Made by a program: the position numbers and the translations under genes. The notes beneath the pieces were generated by a model. That model was not told the DNA's origin and did not search any database. It was given only the letters and a program-made list of their open reading frames with translations. A DNA stretch of 64,000 bases from Squalus acanthias. Its lineage: Eukaryota. This document shows positions 51,956-64,000 of this stretch, piece by piece (positions within the stretch are counted from its first letter, which is position 1; every line of letters begins with the position of its first letter). The stretch lies in contig CM059432.1 of assembly GCA_030390025.1 (NCBI GenBank), positions 75,270,001 to 75,334,000 on the forward strand. The letters run 5' to 3'.

Positions 51956-54900
51956 TGTAGGGAAACACAGCAGTGATCGAGAACTGGGACCAATTGCTGA
52001 TACTGGTGAGAATTGGGCCAAGCAAAGGCAGTGGAGTGTTGAGGAGCTAAGTGGGAAGGAGATCTTATGGAAGAAATGCTTCTTGTGAGGGCTGGGGTAG
52101 AAACAGGGGAAACTATGCAGCTTTAAGGTCAAAACTAGGGTGGGGGTGGACTAGTAGCTGGCAGGGTGGACAGTGGGGCTGACAGAGTCTTAGGCAGCTG
52201 AGCCTAACTTAACAGCTACTCACCACAGGAGTGTCCACTTAAAAGGTTTGTACGAGGAGGGAGTGATTCCTTCATGCCTTGGATATAGAAGTACCGGTCA
52301 AACATAGAGGGACTGTGAGAGGGAGAACGATAGTATCCTGTCAGTCTGAGAATAACTCTTTTCAACTGATATTATAAGCCATTAACTTATTAATGGACTA
52401 ATGCATACAGTATACTGGGGAATTGAGAAAATGAAAGTCAAATCATCCTTCAATAAGGCTGCTACTTTCAGTTCCTGATACAGTACAGCCAGAGTCCATT
52501 ATTCCTGTTTGATCTTAGTGTGAATAAAGGTTTATAGAACTGATGCCTCATTCTTTTGTGGGTTCTGGTATTGAATTTGACAGATTGACCATCCTGGATG
52601 CGATGTGAGCTAAGTAGAAATGTCATAACAATTTGTCCAATGTTAATGTGTATTTGTTATTTTTATGTGTACAGCACTTCAAAAAATGAAAGAAAGTGGA
52701 GGTCTTTCTTTGGAAACATTGAATGTGATATGAAGAATTTTTATTTCTGTGTAGTTTCTTGAGCACAGAAATGAAGATTGGATTTGTGACAGAGTCTGTG
52801 TAAGAATGCTGAGAATTCCTTCATACTAGGTTTGCAGTGCATTGTGAGGTTGTTGCGTGTGAGCTCCTTAGTCATATTAAGGATTCCTCAATTAGTTTTT
52901 GAATACAGCTGATCAGAATGCAAATATTCTCATAGATTATGATTGAATTATAAAGTATATTTTTCCATTTTCCAGGCATTACTTAAAGATTAATGCTAAT
53001 TGTCCCAGTCAGTTGGCCCACTAATCAGTCTGTAGAATTTCCCCACAAAAACATCTTCCATTATGTTTGTTGTGATGATGAAACAGTATTTTGTAATAAT
53101 GGGGCAATGAAAGAAAGTCACTGGCATAGTGGCTCTATGGCACTATTGTTGTTAATTAGGTCATTGCTCTCTGCTACTTGAACAAAGCGTCTTTGACCTG
53201 TAAATGCTGCGGCTGATGGTTAATATGTGCCATAACACTTCTACATAATGTATATTTGAGTATGGAAAGTGATTGAGTCTTTGTAACAATATCTTCCAAA
53301 ACCAGAGTCAGTACTGTGAGATAGAAATTAAATATACAGTAATGTATACAAGACTTAATAATTACAGAGGTCTTTTCAGATACAGTATTTTTATATTATT
53401 TTCTCAATTTGCCTCCCTTCCTCTCCTGAAGGCAGTAATTCATCACAGGGTAGGGTTCCACATGTGTTGGCTATTCTCCAGTACCTTGCTCAAATAGTCA
53501 ATCAAGTGTGAACTTAGACAGTGAGTATCAGCAGACTAATTGGCAATGGGGCATCATAGCCAAGGCCAATCCTGTCCTCACCTAATGTCCACACATGTAC
53601 TTTCCAGCAGGAGTCACTGGATAATAATCAGGAGCAGGATTTCTGGTTGATTTCCTCCTCTCTGGTTTAAGGGCACTGAGATAATTTGCAGCATTACATC
53701 TGCCCTCTCAGGTGGACGTAAAAGATCCCACCTTCACTATTTCAAAGAAGAGCAGGGGAGTTTTCCCTGATGTCCTGGCCAATATTTATCCCTCAGTCAA
53801 CATCACTAAAAACAGATTATCTGGTCATTATCACATTGCTCTTTGTGGGACCTTGCTGTGTGCAATTTGGCTGCCGCATTTCCCTACATTATTTAAACAG
53901 TGACTACACTTCAAAAATGTACTTAATTGGCTGTAAAGTGCTTTGGGACGTCCTGAGGTCGTGAAAGGTGCTATATAAATGCAAGTTTCTTATCATCTTT
54001 CCATTGTCTGGGCTGAGATAAGTGTACTCACCGTAGACTAAAGATCAAACTTGAGACCTTCCCAGTCTGTATGGATCAGTTCCACATTGGCAGTGCATTT
54101 ACCGATCTTCATATTTATCCAATAAAAAGTGCTATGCGGCATACAAAATATCTTGATATATCAGTAAGTGCTTCAGGATTGTTAATCCTAAGTAATGTGG
54201 AGCCATACTTTTTAAGCAAATTATCTTCCAATAAAATCAAAACTCCCAGCAGTTTAGCAGTTCCAAATGTTTTTTTCATGTATCTGGGATGCTAATATTT
54301 GGACCCCCTGCTTCTTAGCCTCTGTTGATAAAGAAATCAAGGCAAGCAGCCAGCTCACTCTCCCATAAACAGTTGGTGCTGCTTGGCATCATTAAATATC
54401 AAAGCCAATCTAACCATAGTGAATCTCACCACAATGCAGGGGTTGGTAGAAACAATAGTGACAATGGCCAGCTAATGATGTCTACTTAATTACCAATATG
54501 GATCAACTACATTGGATGGTTTATGACCTGAATGTTGGATTGTTATATATGCCCATGTCTGGGAGGCATTTGGGATGAATTGTACACAGAATTTTTACAT
54601 TTAAAAAATGAATTGAAAGATGTGCTTGCAATTTGATTACCTTAAAGTCCATTGTTACTCTTTTCCTTTAAGCACTTACATAGCACTATGAAAAAATGTT
54701 CCTATATCAGTAGCATGATAATATTGGAATTTATTCCACTTACTGAAAGTTTACAGTATTGATATCAAACACTCTATTTGTTCAATAAATTATTCTTATT
54801 TTCCTATAAAATATTCAGTGACTGTAAAAATATGATTGCATACAACAGATCAAAAGAAATGCATTACTAACAAAGGTTAAGAACTCATTCTTACTTCCAA

Positions 54901-56859
54901 GCAAAGACTGGAGTATTGTACTTCTTAGTTCAGTATAGTTTATGCCTTATTTCTAGTGTTAGGGCAATAGTGTGTGGTAGTGGTGGGTGATATGTAAACA
55001 AAAGTTATCTCCCCTCCCCAACAGCTGGTAAATTTGAATGAAGTCCATGGTAATAGAAAGTGATTATTTCTAAATGATGAACATTTTGAGTGTAAGTGGT
55101 GCCCTTTTTTGGCCTTTGCCTTTCAGAGTTACTAGAGGCTGAAAATCTGCCTCTGGAACCATTCAATCCCTCTAAAGACAAGCATAATCGAAGGGAGCTA
55201 ATATGAAGAAAGAATTAAACAAGGGCGTCTGCTAAGCTGGTACCCTTTAGCTTGAAAGCGATGTGGTTCATATTGTCCAGATGGGGATTTTCTCAAGGGA
55301 AGACTCTTTCTTTCACATAGTGGATCAAGTGTAGGCTTAAAGTGCTTGTGTGATGTGAGGCTCAGGTTGTATTATAATCATATGAACAGCATGTATGTAT
55401 AGTTAGTTAGGCAGCATTTATAATATTATAAAAAGTACTCTTCATTTATGAAAAACAGAACCTGTTTTGCATTTTTATTAATGGTGTTAGGAAAGCCAGG
55501 CTTATCTCCTTTGTCATTGTACTAAATACCTTCTTGCACCCCAAGCACTCAGATGCAGAGCGGGGAAATCTGAATGCAGAGACTTTATTGTGCCAGCTGA
55601 ATAAGCCAAACCTTTCTGTGCTTAGATTGTCCCAGAAGTTTGAATGTGAAAAAAGTGTCTTTGTACTGGACAAATACTATTAAAATCATCATCAGAAGAA
55701 AACATGCTTTCCATTCATATTATACTTGGAGAACAACTTTTGTAGAAGCATGAGATTTTTTTTAACTTTTTCCTCTTATAATACATTTGTAAATCCTAAT
55801 CTTTTCATTCCAGTAAATAACTCTATCTACATAGTTTACAGAAATAAAGCTTAGCATAAATAAAAATGCCCAGGATATTTCATACAGAACTGTGGGATAT
55901 ATGTTTGATTTGACGATTGATAAAGCCCAAGCAGCTGCAGAAAACAGAACACTTAGCATGAAAACAAAACACACCATGCAAGCTACAGCACTGATGTTAA
56001 CCGTAATATGTTCCAGTGTTGACCGGATGACAATGAATATCTGCACTTTCTACGGCTCAGTTGGTCCATGCATTGTCTAGTGTGGTACTGAGCCATGTAG
56101 TCCAGGAAGCTCCCAGGTTCAGTTTCTAATCTGTGCTGAATTAGCTAATCTTTGTTGAGAATGTAATTGGCTGCAGCTTCGAAGGGCAGAATTATCCAGG
56201 GCTTACTCCTGATCACTATCCAGTGACCCCTGGTGGAAAGTGCACATGTGTGGACATAGGGTGAGGACAGGACTGGACTTTACTGTAATGCTCCCCTCCC
56301 ACAGTTGAGTAGTTTGCTGACAGTCATTGTCCACATTCACACCTAAAGAATGGCCATTTTAAGTAAGGTACTGGAGAGCTCTTAACATCTCTCGATCTGC
56401 ACCCCAGCATGAGTCAATGCCTTCCGGATAGAAGAAAAAAATGGCCAAAGATTATGCAAAAAAATTGACTGGCAATTATGGATGACAGTAACATTCTTAA
56501 TTGAAATAAAAATTAGTACAAAATTAAAATACTTCAGGCTTCTTTTAAGAATTACCAGTAGGAACTAATACAAGTTCTACATAATTCTCAAATTCTGTTA
56601 TTTAGTAGCATTTCAGATTTGTAATTTTTATCTATGTCCCATTTTTTATTTAGGTTCCCCCTTGTTAAGCTTCCTCATACCATGCAGTATAGGAGAAGAT
56701 TTCCACTATTCTCTATGTCATACCATGTACCCATTCTTCATAACCACATTTATTATTTTGTTGCACAAAGAGAAAATTGGCTGACAGTGCAAGGATGTTA
56801 CCAGACTTGACTATTTCAATGAATGGGATGTGCCTGAACTGGCCCTTGTGCTCATCTGC

Positions 56860-57250
56860 CATCATCCCTGTCCATGCCGAACTATGGTAGCTCTCAGTCA
56901 TCCAATGCCTCCAATTTAAAATTCTCATCCTTGTGTTTAAATCCCTTCATGGCCTCACTCCTTCCTTTCTCTGAAACTGCCTTCAGCCCTCCAACCCTCC
57001 AGCGAACTCTCCATTCTTCTGACTCTGGCCTTTTGTGCACACACCCTCCTTTCGCTCCACCATTGGTGAATGTGCCTTCAGCCACCTTGTCATCACGCTC
57101 TGGATTTCCCTGACTAAGCCCATCCGCCTCTCCACCTCACTCTCCTCCTTTAGGACCATCCTTAAAACCCACCTCTTCATCCAAGCATTTGGTCACCCCT
57201 CCTTGGGGCATTTTTCTACGTTAAAGGTGCTATATAAATGCAAGTTGTTC
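56860..57250 (+). mobile_element. L2 LINE 3' fragment
   Basis: Homologous to 24690-25138; tail GTTAAAGGTGCTATATAAATGCAAGTTG. Confidence 0.8.
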
Positions 57251-60215
57251 TGGTGTGGTTGTTATCAAATCTCTCACAATGTTGTCTTGACTCTAAGGGG
57301 TGCACAAAAGCAGGCTGGAGCAATATATCTGGAAGCTCTGAAATTCCGATCGGAGACCGGGTGTGGTGCAGGGAGATTGCCTGACAGGGGCTGGGATTTG
57401 GGGTGAGTGAGCCAGTCTTTCCCACTCCATCCACATTAAGGGGGCATATCTGTGGGACCTCTTGGGCTACTTTAGGAATTCCAATCAGTTCACTGTTATA
57501 AAGCTTCAGCTAAGAGCTGACACAAATTCTGTTGAAGCCCTTGGGAAGATTCAAGAAAGTTCCTAGCCAAAGGTCTATTTCCTTTAATTATACTTATAAA
57601 GCACCGTTAGGAGCTGAAGATGGAAATGCTGCCAAATTTCTTTGGTCAGGGAAGGGTCTTGGGAACCTCAAGCAGAGCAGTTGTGTGTCGCTCCAACTCT
57701 CAACAGTGAATTGGGGTGGATGCTACAGGTCCACTCTTATAGGTGCAGACAACTTGTTTGGACCATGTAAATGACCTTGGCCCCTGAATTTAGGACAGCA
57801 TCTGCAGCCTTCCATTCAGGCACCAGTGAGGTACACTCCACCACACTTGTTCTGGTGGAGTTGACCTATTGGAAATTTGGCCACTGTTATTTTTTTCTTC
57901 CTTCTTCCCCGTCGAGATGTACTTGACTTTTACTGAGCCTCCTACCTAATAGGCTGGGAACATGATTGAGTGTGGATTAGGAAACAGGGCTTATGTCCAT
58001 TGCACAACATGTTGCTATGCCACCATGCCACCTTTGTTGATATCATATTAATGTGAAGAGTCATCTGCTCTGAAAGATTTCTCGTGTTAAGTAAATGGGA
58101 TAGAGGATAATGAATGGGTTATTAAAAATAAACCATCAAGTGACATCACAGCATATAACTCACAGGAGACAATAGTGGCAGTGAGTCAATTGGCAAATCC
58201 ATGAGATAAAAACAGATCAGTTCTGACTGGTGTGGTAGGCTTTTCCACATTCATACATAGCAGGGCAATATTGCTAAAGGAGCATTACTGGCATTGATGC
58301 CAGTGGAATAGTTCATATAATGATCCCACGACAAATCTGCAAAATGTTGCTCAATATATGTGTGTACATATGTATTTCTGTATACATAATATGACTGTGA
58401 ATATATATCTATTTGATGTACATGATTTCTGCTTTATTCCTGTCTGTAATGGTGTATAGAAATTGTTCCAGGATATTTTGACTTTCTACATTGATTCTTC
58501 CTCAGTTCAGTTCCAGTCGACGCAGTGAGTCAAAATATCCTGGAAACAAATTTCAAACAACTGTGAGAACAGAAATAAGATGAAACTGGGTTTATTATGT
58601 ACAATCCGCAGTCCACCAACAAATTCAAATACTCCTGCTACTAACCAGGACTGCTTTCATGAATAAGGTCTTTCGAAACCTCTAGTCCCATGAAAGTCAA
58701 ACAGGGCAAACTAGTGAATAAAAAACATGTGCACAAATAGGACTGAGTTGCCCGTGTTTCGATGGCTGGATTGTTAGGGCTCAGATATTATATGTCTCTT
58801 ATGAGCTGCAATTTGGACACTCTTGTACAAAGAATCTAACGCTTAGCAGTTCCTACCCTTCAGCGCCCTGAAACCAGGCAGCATGTGACCCTGTGATCGA
58901 TGAGGCAGGGCCAGTATTATGTCTGCTCGTCTTACAGATCCAGAGACAGCTTAAAGAGGGTCAGATTGGCTGGATTGAAAGATTTTTATCCTGCTCTTTA
59001 AAACTATATTTTAAAATGAGATTTAAATTATATTTTATAAAACCCAATACGCTTAGGAGGGCTGAATTTATACTATATACGTCTTAAGACTAAAATAAAT
59101 GTAGGGACTGCATTTCCTATAGCACCATTAAAAAAATAGTTATTGGAGGAATAGCTGACCATGTATGTTTGGCAGCATTTTGTAACAGATTATTATATTA
59201 ATGCTCCTAACACGTTTAACTAGATGCAATTGATTCCAGTTAGCAGCAAGTTCAATTTGTTAAGCAAAATGTGCTTATACAAGGAATTTACTATCCACCA
59301 TAAGTAATTAATCCCAGAATGGATGCACAATGATACATTGTTCCTCAGCCATCTTTCAAAGAGGAAAAACCCTTGATGTACAGCTCAATGTGTTTGCATA
59401 AACTACAACATTATTTATAGTTAACGATTAGATATTTCACTCAGATGATGCAAATCAGGTTAACCAGTTGACAGGGTGTCCGCTACACCCGTCGATGATA
59501 CCAGCAGGAGGGCTGAACCATTTTCATGGTCGGGAGTCATTCTAATTTGATCAGGAGCTGATAGCACAGAACAAGTGCTGACAAGCAACTAGCCGATTGG
59601 GGGCTTTGGGGTGGAGGGGTGAGGGGAGATGGAGGATGGGTGGGCTGGAGCCAGCGTGAATTCCAGCATCTTCTCTATAGAGCCAAGCCAGAAATAAGCT
59701 TTTAAAGGGGGTTGAGGCAATCGTGGGGGTGGGTTCACTGATCGACTGGCAGTGGGTAGAAAGATATTTGTAGCATTCATGTTGCTCCTGACCCCACAAA
59801 TATCAATGCTACAGTTTTGTCTTTGGGCACGACCTACGCCCAGTGGAACTTCAAATTTGCGTCAGGGTCACTGCATGTTAATAAGCCTCCTGTGTGTTTT
59901 GGGCAGGAACACTGGTGCCCATTTTGGGGCCGACTCAAAAATCGAGTCAGGTGCGCCTTGGGCAGCCAATAGGCAGTGTTTTTTTTACATTTTCGTCTGT
60001 CTACTGCCCCGTCTTCCAGTGTAATTGGGGTGGTAGGCAGGTGAATATCATCCTCATAATCTACACATTGATTAGAATGAACTGGACTGAATCAGGAATA
60101 TCATGTCATTGAAATGCATGAGGGATGGGGGAGGGTTATGTATATATACAGAACAAACCTATTCTTAAAGAGCACTGCCAGTAGTATAAGATTTTTATTT
60201 TGACTGGCATTAAAT

Positions 60216-60979
60216 TGACAGCAAGACCAATTCTTTTGAAACAATTTGGAATAAGTTTATTAAACACACAAACTCATGCAAGTTTATTAAACACACACAC
60301 TCATGCACATCATAAAAATAGCCTACTGGTATCCTATGACTCTACTCGATTACAACTCGTAAGGTAATGGGTTAGATTTACACAGACTAGTACTTCCCTG
60401 AGTTAGGCAATGCACGCGGCCTTTTTCCTTGCTTCTTGGTCTGGTCTGTAGAGGGAGGGCTTCTTGTTCTTCCACGTGGTCGTCGAGAGAGAGAGAGAGA
60501 GCCAAGGGTTCCTTGTTTTTATATCTTTTTAAAGTCCATTGTCTTCTAGTTTAAATTCTTAAGACATCACGATTGGGTCTTAGATTCTGGCAGTTCTTGA
60601 TTGGCTTTCCTTTGAACATGTGTTTGTCTGCAGTGGCTGGTGTCATTTCTTGCTTAAGTTAATTGTTTGTTGACACCTTTTAGTGGCTCTTGAGTTTCAA
60701 TGGTGAGTTTCGATGTTGTCTCTGTGGGGGGTTATCCTGTTATGCAGGTTTCCTTTGTTAAGTTTCACGCCGTTGCCTTACCCAGGGGAGATCTATACAC
60801 ATCAAATTTATCTTTATCTTATATTAATAGTCTCGAGTCCATCACACATACAAACATATATTTTTATTCTTACGGTAGTAAAAGGTATTTGGCAAGCCTC
60901 TAGCCATGTTTGTCACGCACTAAAACATATTTTAGAATTCTGTTTTACTGAATAATACAAATGGCACTGACATGTGTCA
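60216..60979 (-). mobile_element. Possible solo LTR
   Basis: On the minus strand: two CCAAT boxes, TATAAAA, then a duplicated AATAAA. TGACA...TGTCA ends, but no exact TSD. Confidence 0.3.
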
Positions 60980-62030
60980 TAACATCACAAAAATAAAATT
61001 TTGTTGCTTGTGCATGATATCATCACATTAGAAATCATTTGTGGCAGTTCTGTCTTTCTTCATCTTGAGGCATGAAGACTGTACCTCATGAAGTGGACTT
61101 GCTCTTGACAGGATTGTTGTTAAGTAGAGTATTCCAGAGTTAAATTAAAAAGGAACAATATCTAGTCAATGCTTGTTTTATCTGCAATGAACACATTCTA
61201 GATACATAAACTGAACAGAGATGTGAAATTATTGGCCAAAGTATTTCTGTGTTGTGTGCACACACACATACACACACTCAGAAATAAAAAGGATATGTTA
61301 TACACAGTATTCAATTTGTTGGAATTATTGCTCTTTAATAGTTACATAGATTGCAACACAGTACTGAAAGAATATAATTAGGAATAAAAATGTTACTTAT
61401 GTCTGGAGGCGTTCATTAATGAGCAGGCAAGCTAAAGGCTACACGATTTATTACTTGCTGTAGTGCTTTACATTTAGGGTCATGCAGGGTGGTCAAATTT
61501 AAAAATTCAGGTATTTAATCAGGTGCACAATACTTATTTTCATTTTGCCTTCATGAAGCACATGGACAAAAACTGAAGTTGATTGATGGTTTTTATTGTT
61601 AGCAGACACAACCAGAGTTTCAATCGTGTAAGGGTGTCGGGTCATTCAGGCATCAGCAATTTTTATATCCGTGTTAATGTTAATATGGAATTATAGAAAT
61701 ACATTAAAATATACTATAGATAATGAATATCTTTGTCCAAAAGCCTTGTTTATCCAGATGCATTTTATTCAAGTGTGTGTTCTTTATCTAAATGTACATT
61801 TATCTCAATTTATCTTTATTTGTGCATCATTTGTCCAATGTGCTGAAGTGTTCCCTTTATCCAAATACTTTCTTTACCAAAATGCAATAGTTATCTCAGT
61901 TCCTCCTTTATTCAAGTGCATTCTTACTTCAAATTTGGCCTTTATCCAATTGCACTATTTATCAAGTTTTATTCTCTTCATCCAAACGCACTCTTATTCA
62001 CTTATTGTTTGTCCAAATACGCTATTTAGT

Positions 62031-62748
62031 ACTTGTACTTCTTGCAATCTAGTATACTGTATTCGCTGCTCATGATGTGGTCTCCTCTACATTGGGGAGA
62101 CCAAACGCAGATTGGGTGACCGCTTTGCGGAACACCTCCATTCAGTCCGTAAGGGGGACCCCGAGCTCCCGGTGGCCTGTCACTTTAATTCTCCACTCCA
62201 CTCCCACTCTGACCTCACCATCCTCGGCCTCTTGCATTGTTCCACGGAAGCTCAGCGTAAGCTCGAGGAACAGCACCTCATCTTTCGTTTAGGCACCCTA
62301 CAGCCCTCTGGACTCAACATCGAGTTCAACAATTTCAGATCATAACCTTGGCCCCTATCACATATATATATATTTTTATTTTATTTTTTCATCCACCCTT
62401 TTGTTTGGCCTTTTTTTTCCCCCTCCCAGAAGCTGGCAGCTGTCTTTCATTCTGCCAGCCCAGTTCACACTTCATCTAGCCTCTACCTGTCACATTAACA
62501 CCTCCTCTTGCCTTGATTATCTCTTTATGTCTCTTAATCTCTCCTGCTTTCTATCCCACCACTGACCTTGCCTTTTGTTCTTTCATCCCCTCCCCCTTTT
62601 CCCAGCATTATACTTACTTTAAATCTATTTCATTTCCTGCTTTTTTCCAGTTCTGACGAAAGGTCTTCGACCTGAAACGTTAACTCTGTTTCTCTCTCCA
62701 CGGATGCTGTCTGGCCTGCTGAGTTTTTCCAGCATTTTCTGTTGTTAT
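62031..62748 (+). mobile_element. Penelope 3' fragment (GIY-YIG plus tail)
   Basis: Matches 20565-21000 and the reverse complement of 17450-18175. 13-bp TSD TACGCTATTTAGT at 62018-62030 and 62749-62761. Confidence 0.9.
62649..62685 (+). ncRNA. Minimal hammerhead ribozyme motif
   Basis: Identical to the 37-nt motif at 25789-25825. Confidence 0.6.
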
Positions 62749-62956
62749 TACGCTATTTAGTCAAATGTGTTTCTCCACATGCTTGTTTGAAATTAGCTGG
62801 AGTATGTGTGCTCATCAAAGTAAGTTATGTCACTGTTGAAAATGGCTCATTTTCTACTTTCTGTAGTCAGTGTTGCCATTATGAGCTCCTAGGTGATTCA
62901 TTTGGGGAGACAGCATTAAGGAGCTCCACTTGGAAGCAGACCTGAACTTGTAAGAG

Positions 62957-64000
62957 ATGGCTGAGCAACAGCAGAGGGAAAGAGCTAGACAGTTCTCAGA
63001 TGTGGCTCTGGAGGCACTGGTGGTGGCTGTAGAGAGGAGGCGGGCTGTCCTCTTCCCCCAAACTGGTAGGAAGCCCATACATCTAGCAGTCTCTGACAGG
63101 AAATATTTGCATACGTGACCGCCAACAGCATGGTCCCCAGATCCTGGATACAATGCCACAAGAAGTTTAATGACCTCCTACGGCAGGTCAAGGTGAGTGA
63201 AGGCTTCAGCAAATGCCATATCCCACCATCTGTACCACAAGCCTCACACACTGCTCAATGCACCACACCCCCATCACTCACCTACTAACAATCTCTACCT
63301 ATCACCACTCAGACCTCACAATCAGGGCTTCACTTCACTCTCACAACCTTACCACTGCTGCAACACTCACACCCACATCTCACTGACAGCTATTCAACAA
63401 TGGCAGGCACATCACCCAAACACATTGCACCACACTCACTGACATACTTCCCTTTCTCTTGCAGGCTAAGGTCGCTCACAATCGCTGGGAGCAGCAACAG
63501 ACAGGTGGGGGACAAACAGCAATATAGGCCTTGAGCCAACTGGAGGAGTCGGTGCTGCAGATCTTTGGAGGGGAAGTCACCGAGGCCGTGGCAACGGACG
63601 AAGTTGAAGCCATTGGGGACAACAATGGTATGGTCATTCCTAATCCTTCCTCTCACATCCTACTTTCCCCTCACCCCACAGTTCTTCTCACTTACAAGCT
63701 GCTGATGCTGCCTGCATGGATATCGTGCTTCCACCCCCCCACCCTCCCCTCACCACAACCCAACTCTTGTGCCTTTCTGCTTTCAGATTACCAAGAACTG
63801 CCAGCCACAGAGCCCGTATCCGAGGCGATGGAGGGGAGCGAAGGAGAAGAAGAAGGCACACCGTCACGACATCTAACACTCACAGACACCAGCTGAATTT
63901 AGAGGGTCGTGTAGATGCGGGATCTGCATCCCGGAGGGCGAGTTCACGCGCGAGTTCTGCTGCACACGATTCAGATGAGGACCTCGATGGGGTGGCCTTC
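62957..64000 (+). pseudogene. Decayed Myb/SANT-like gene of a further Harbinger family (exons 62957-63192, 63465-63627, 63787 onward)
   Basis: MAEQQQRERARQFSDVALEALVVAVERRR...KKFNDL followed by GTGAGT. The 163-nt exon 2 (QQTGGG) has the same length as in C. Exon 1 is frameshifted. Confidence 0.78.

Larger units (their letters stand above)
39937..64000 (+). other. Probable intron 1 of the NKAIN gene (extends beyond the window)
   Basis: Starts at the GTGAGT donor. No ...LERQ.FDFLG.QWAPI-like exon 2 was recognised downstream. NKAIN first introns are known to be very large. Confidence 0.65.

Overview
Repeat-dense vertebrate genomic DNA, most likely a cartilaginous fish (inferred from its CR1, L2, Deu-domain SINE, Neptune and Harbinger repeats). 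It contains one recognisable host-gene segment: the CpG-rich promoter and 54-nt first coding exon (39883-39936, MGCCTGRCTLIFLCTLQL, then GTGAGT) of an NKAIN gene, best matching NKAIN3. No exon 2 was found, so everything downstream is probably intron 1. The rest is nested mobile DNA. There are about 10 PIF/Harbinger elements and MITEs, most with readable TIRs and 3-bp TSDs, including two decayed two-gene elements and one transposase-less element that still holds an intact spliced 458-aa Myb/SANT-like gene. There are also Neptune-type Penelope retroelements whose tails carry a minimal hammerhead-ribozyme motif, and many CR1, L2 and RTE LINE and SINE fragments. Most ORF-track entries are TE fragments or noise. 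All identifications come from reading the sequence by eye; no searches were run, and LINE/SINE boundaries are approximate.
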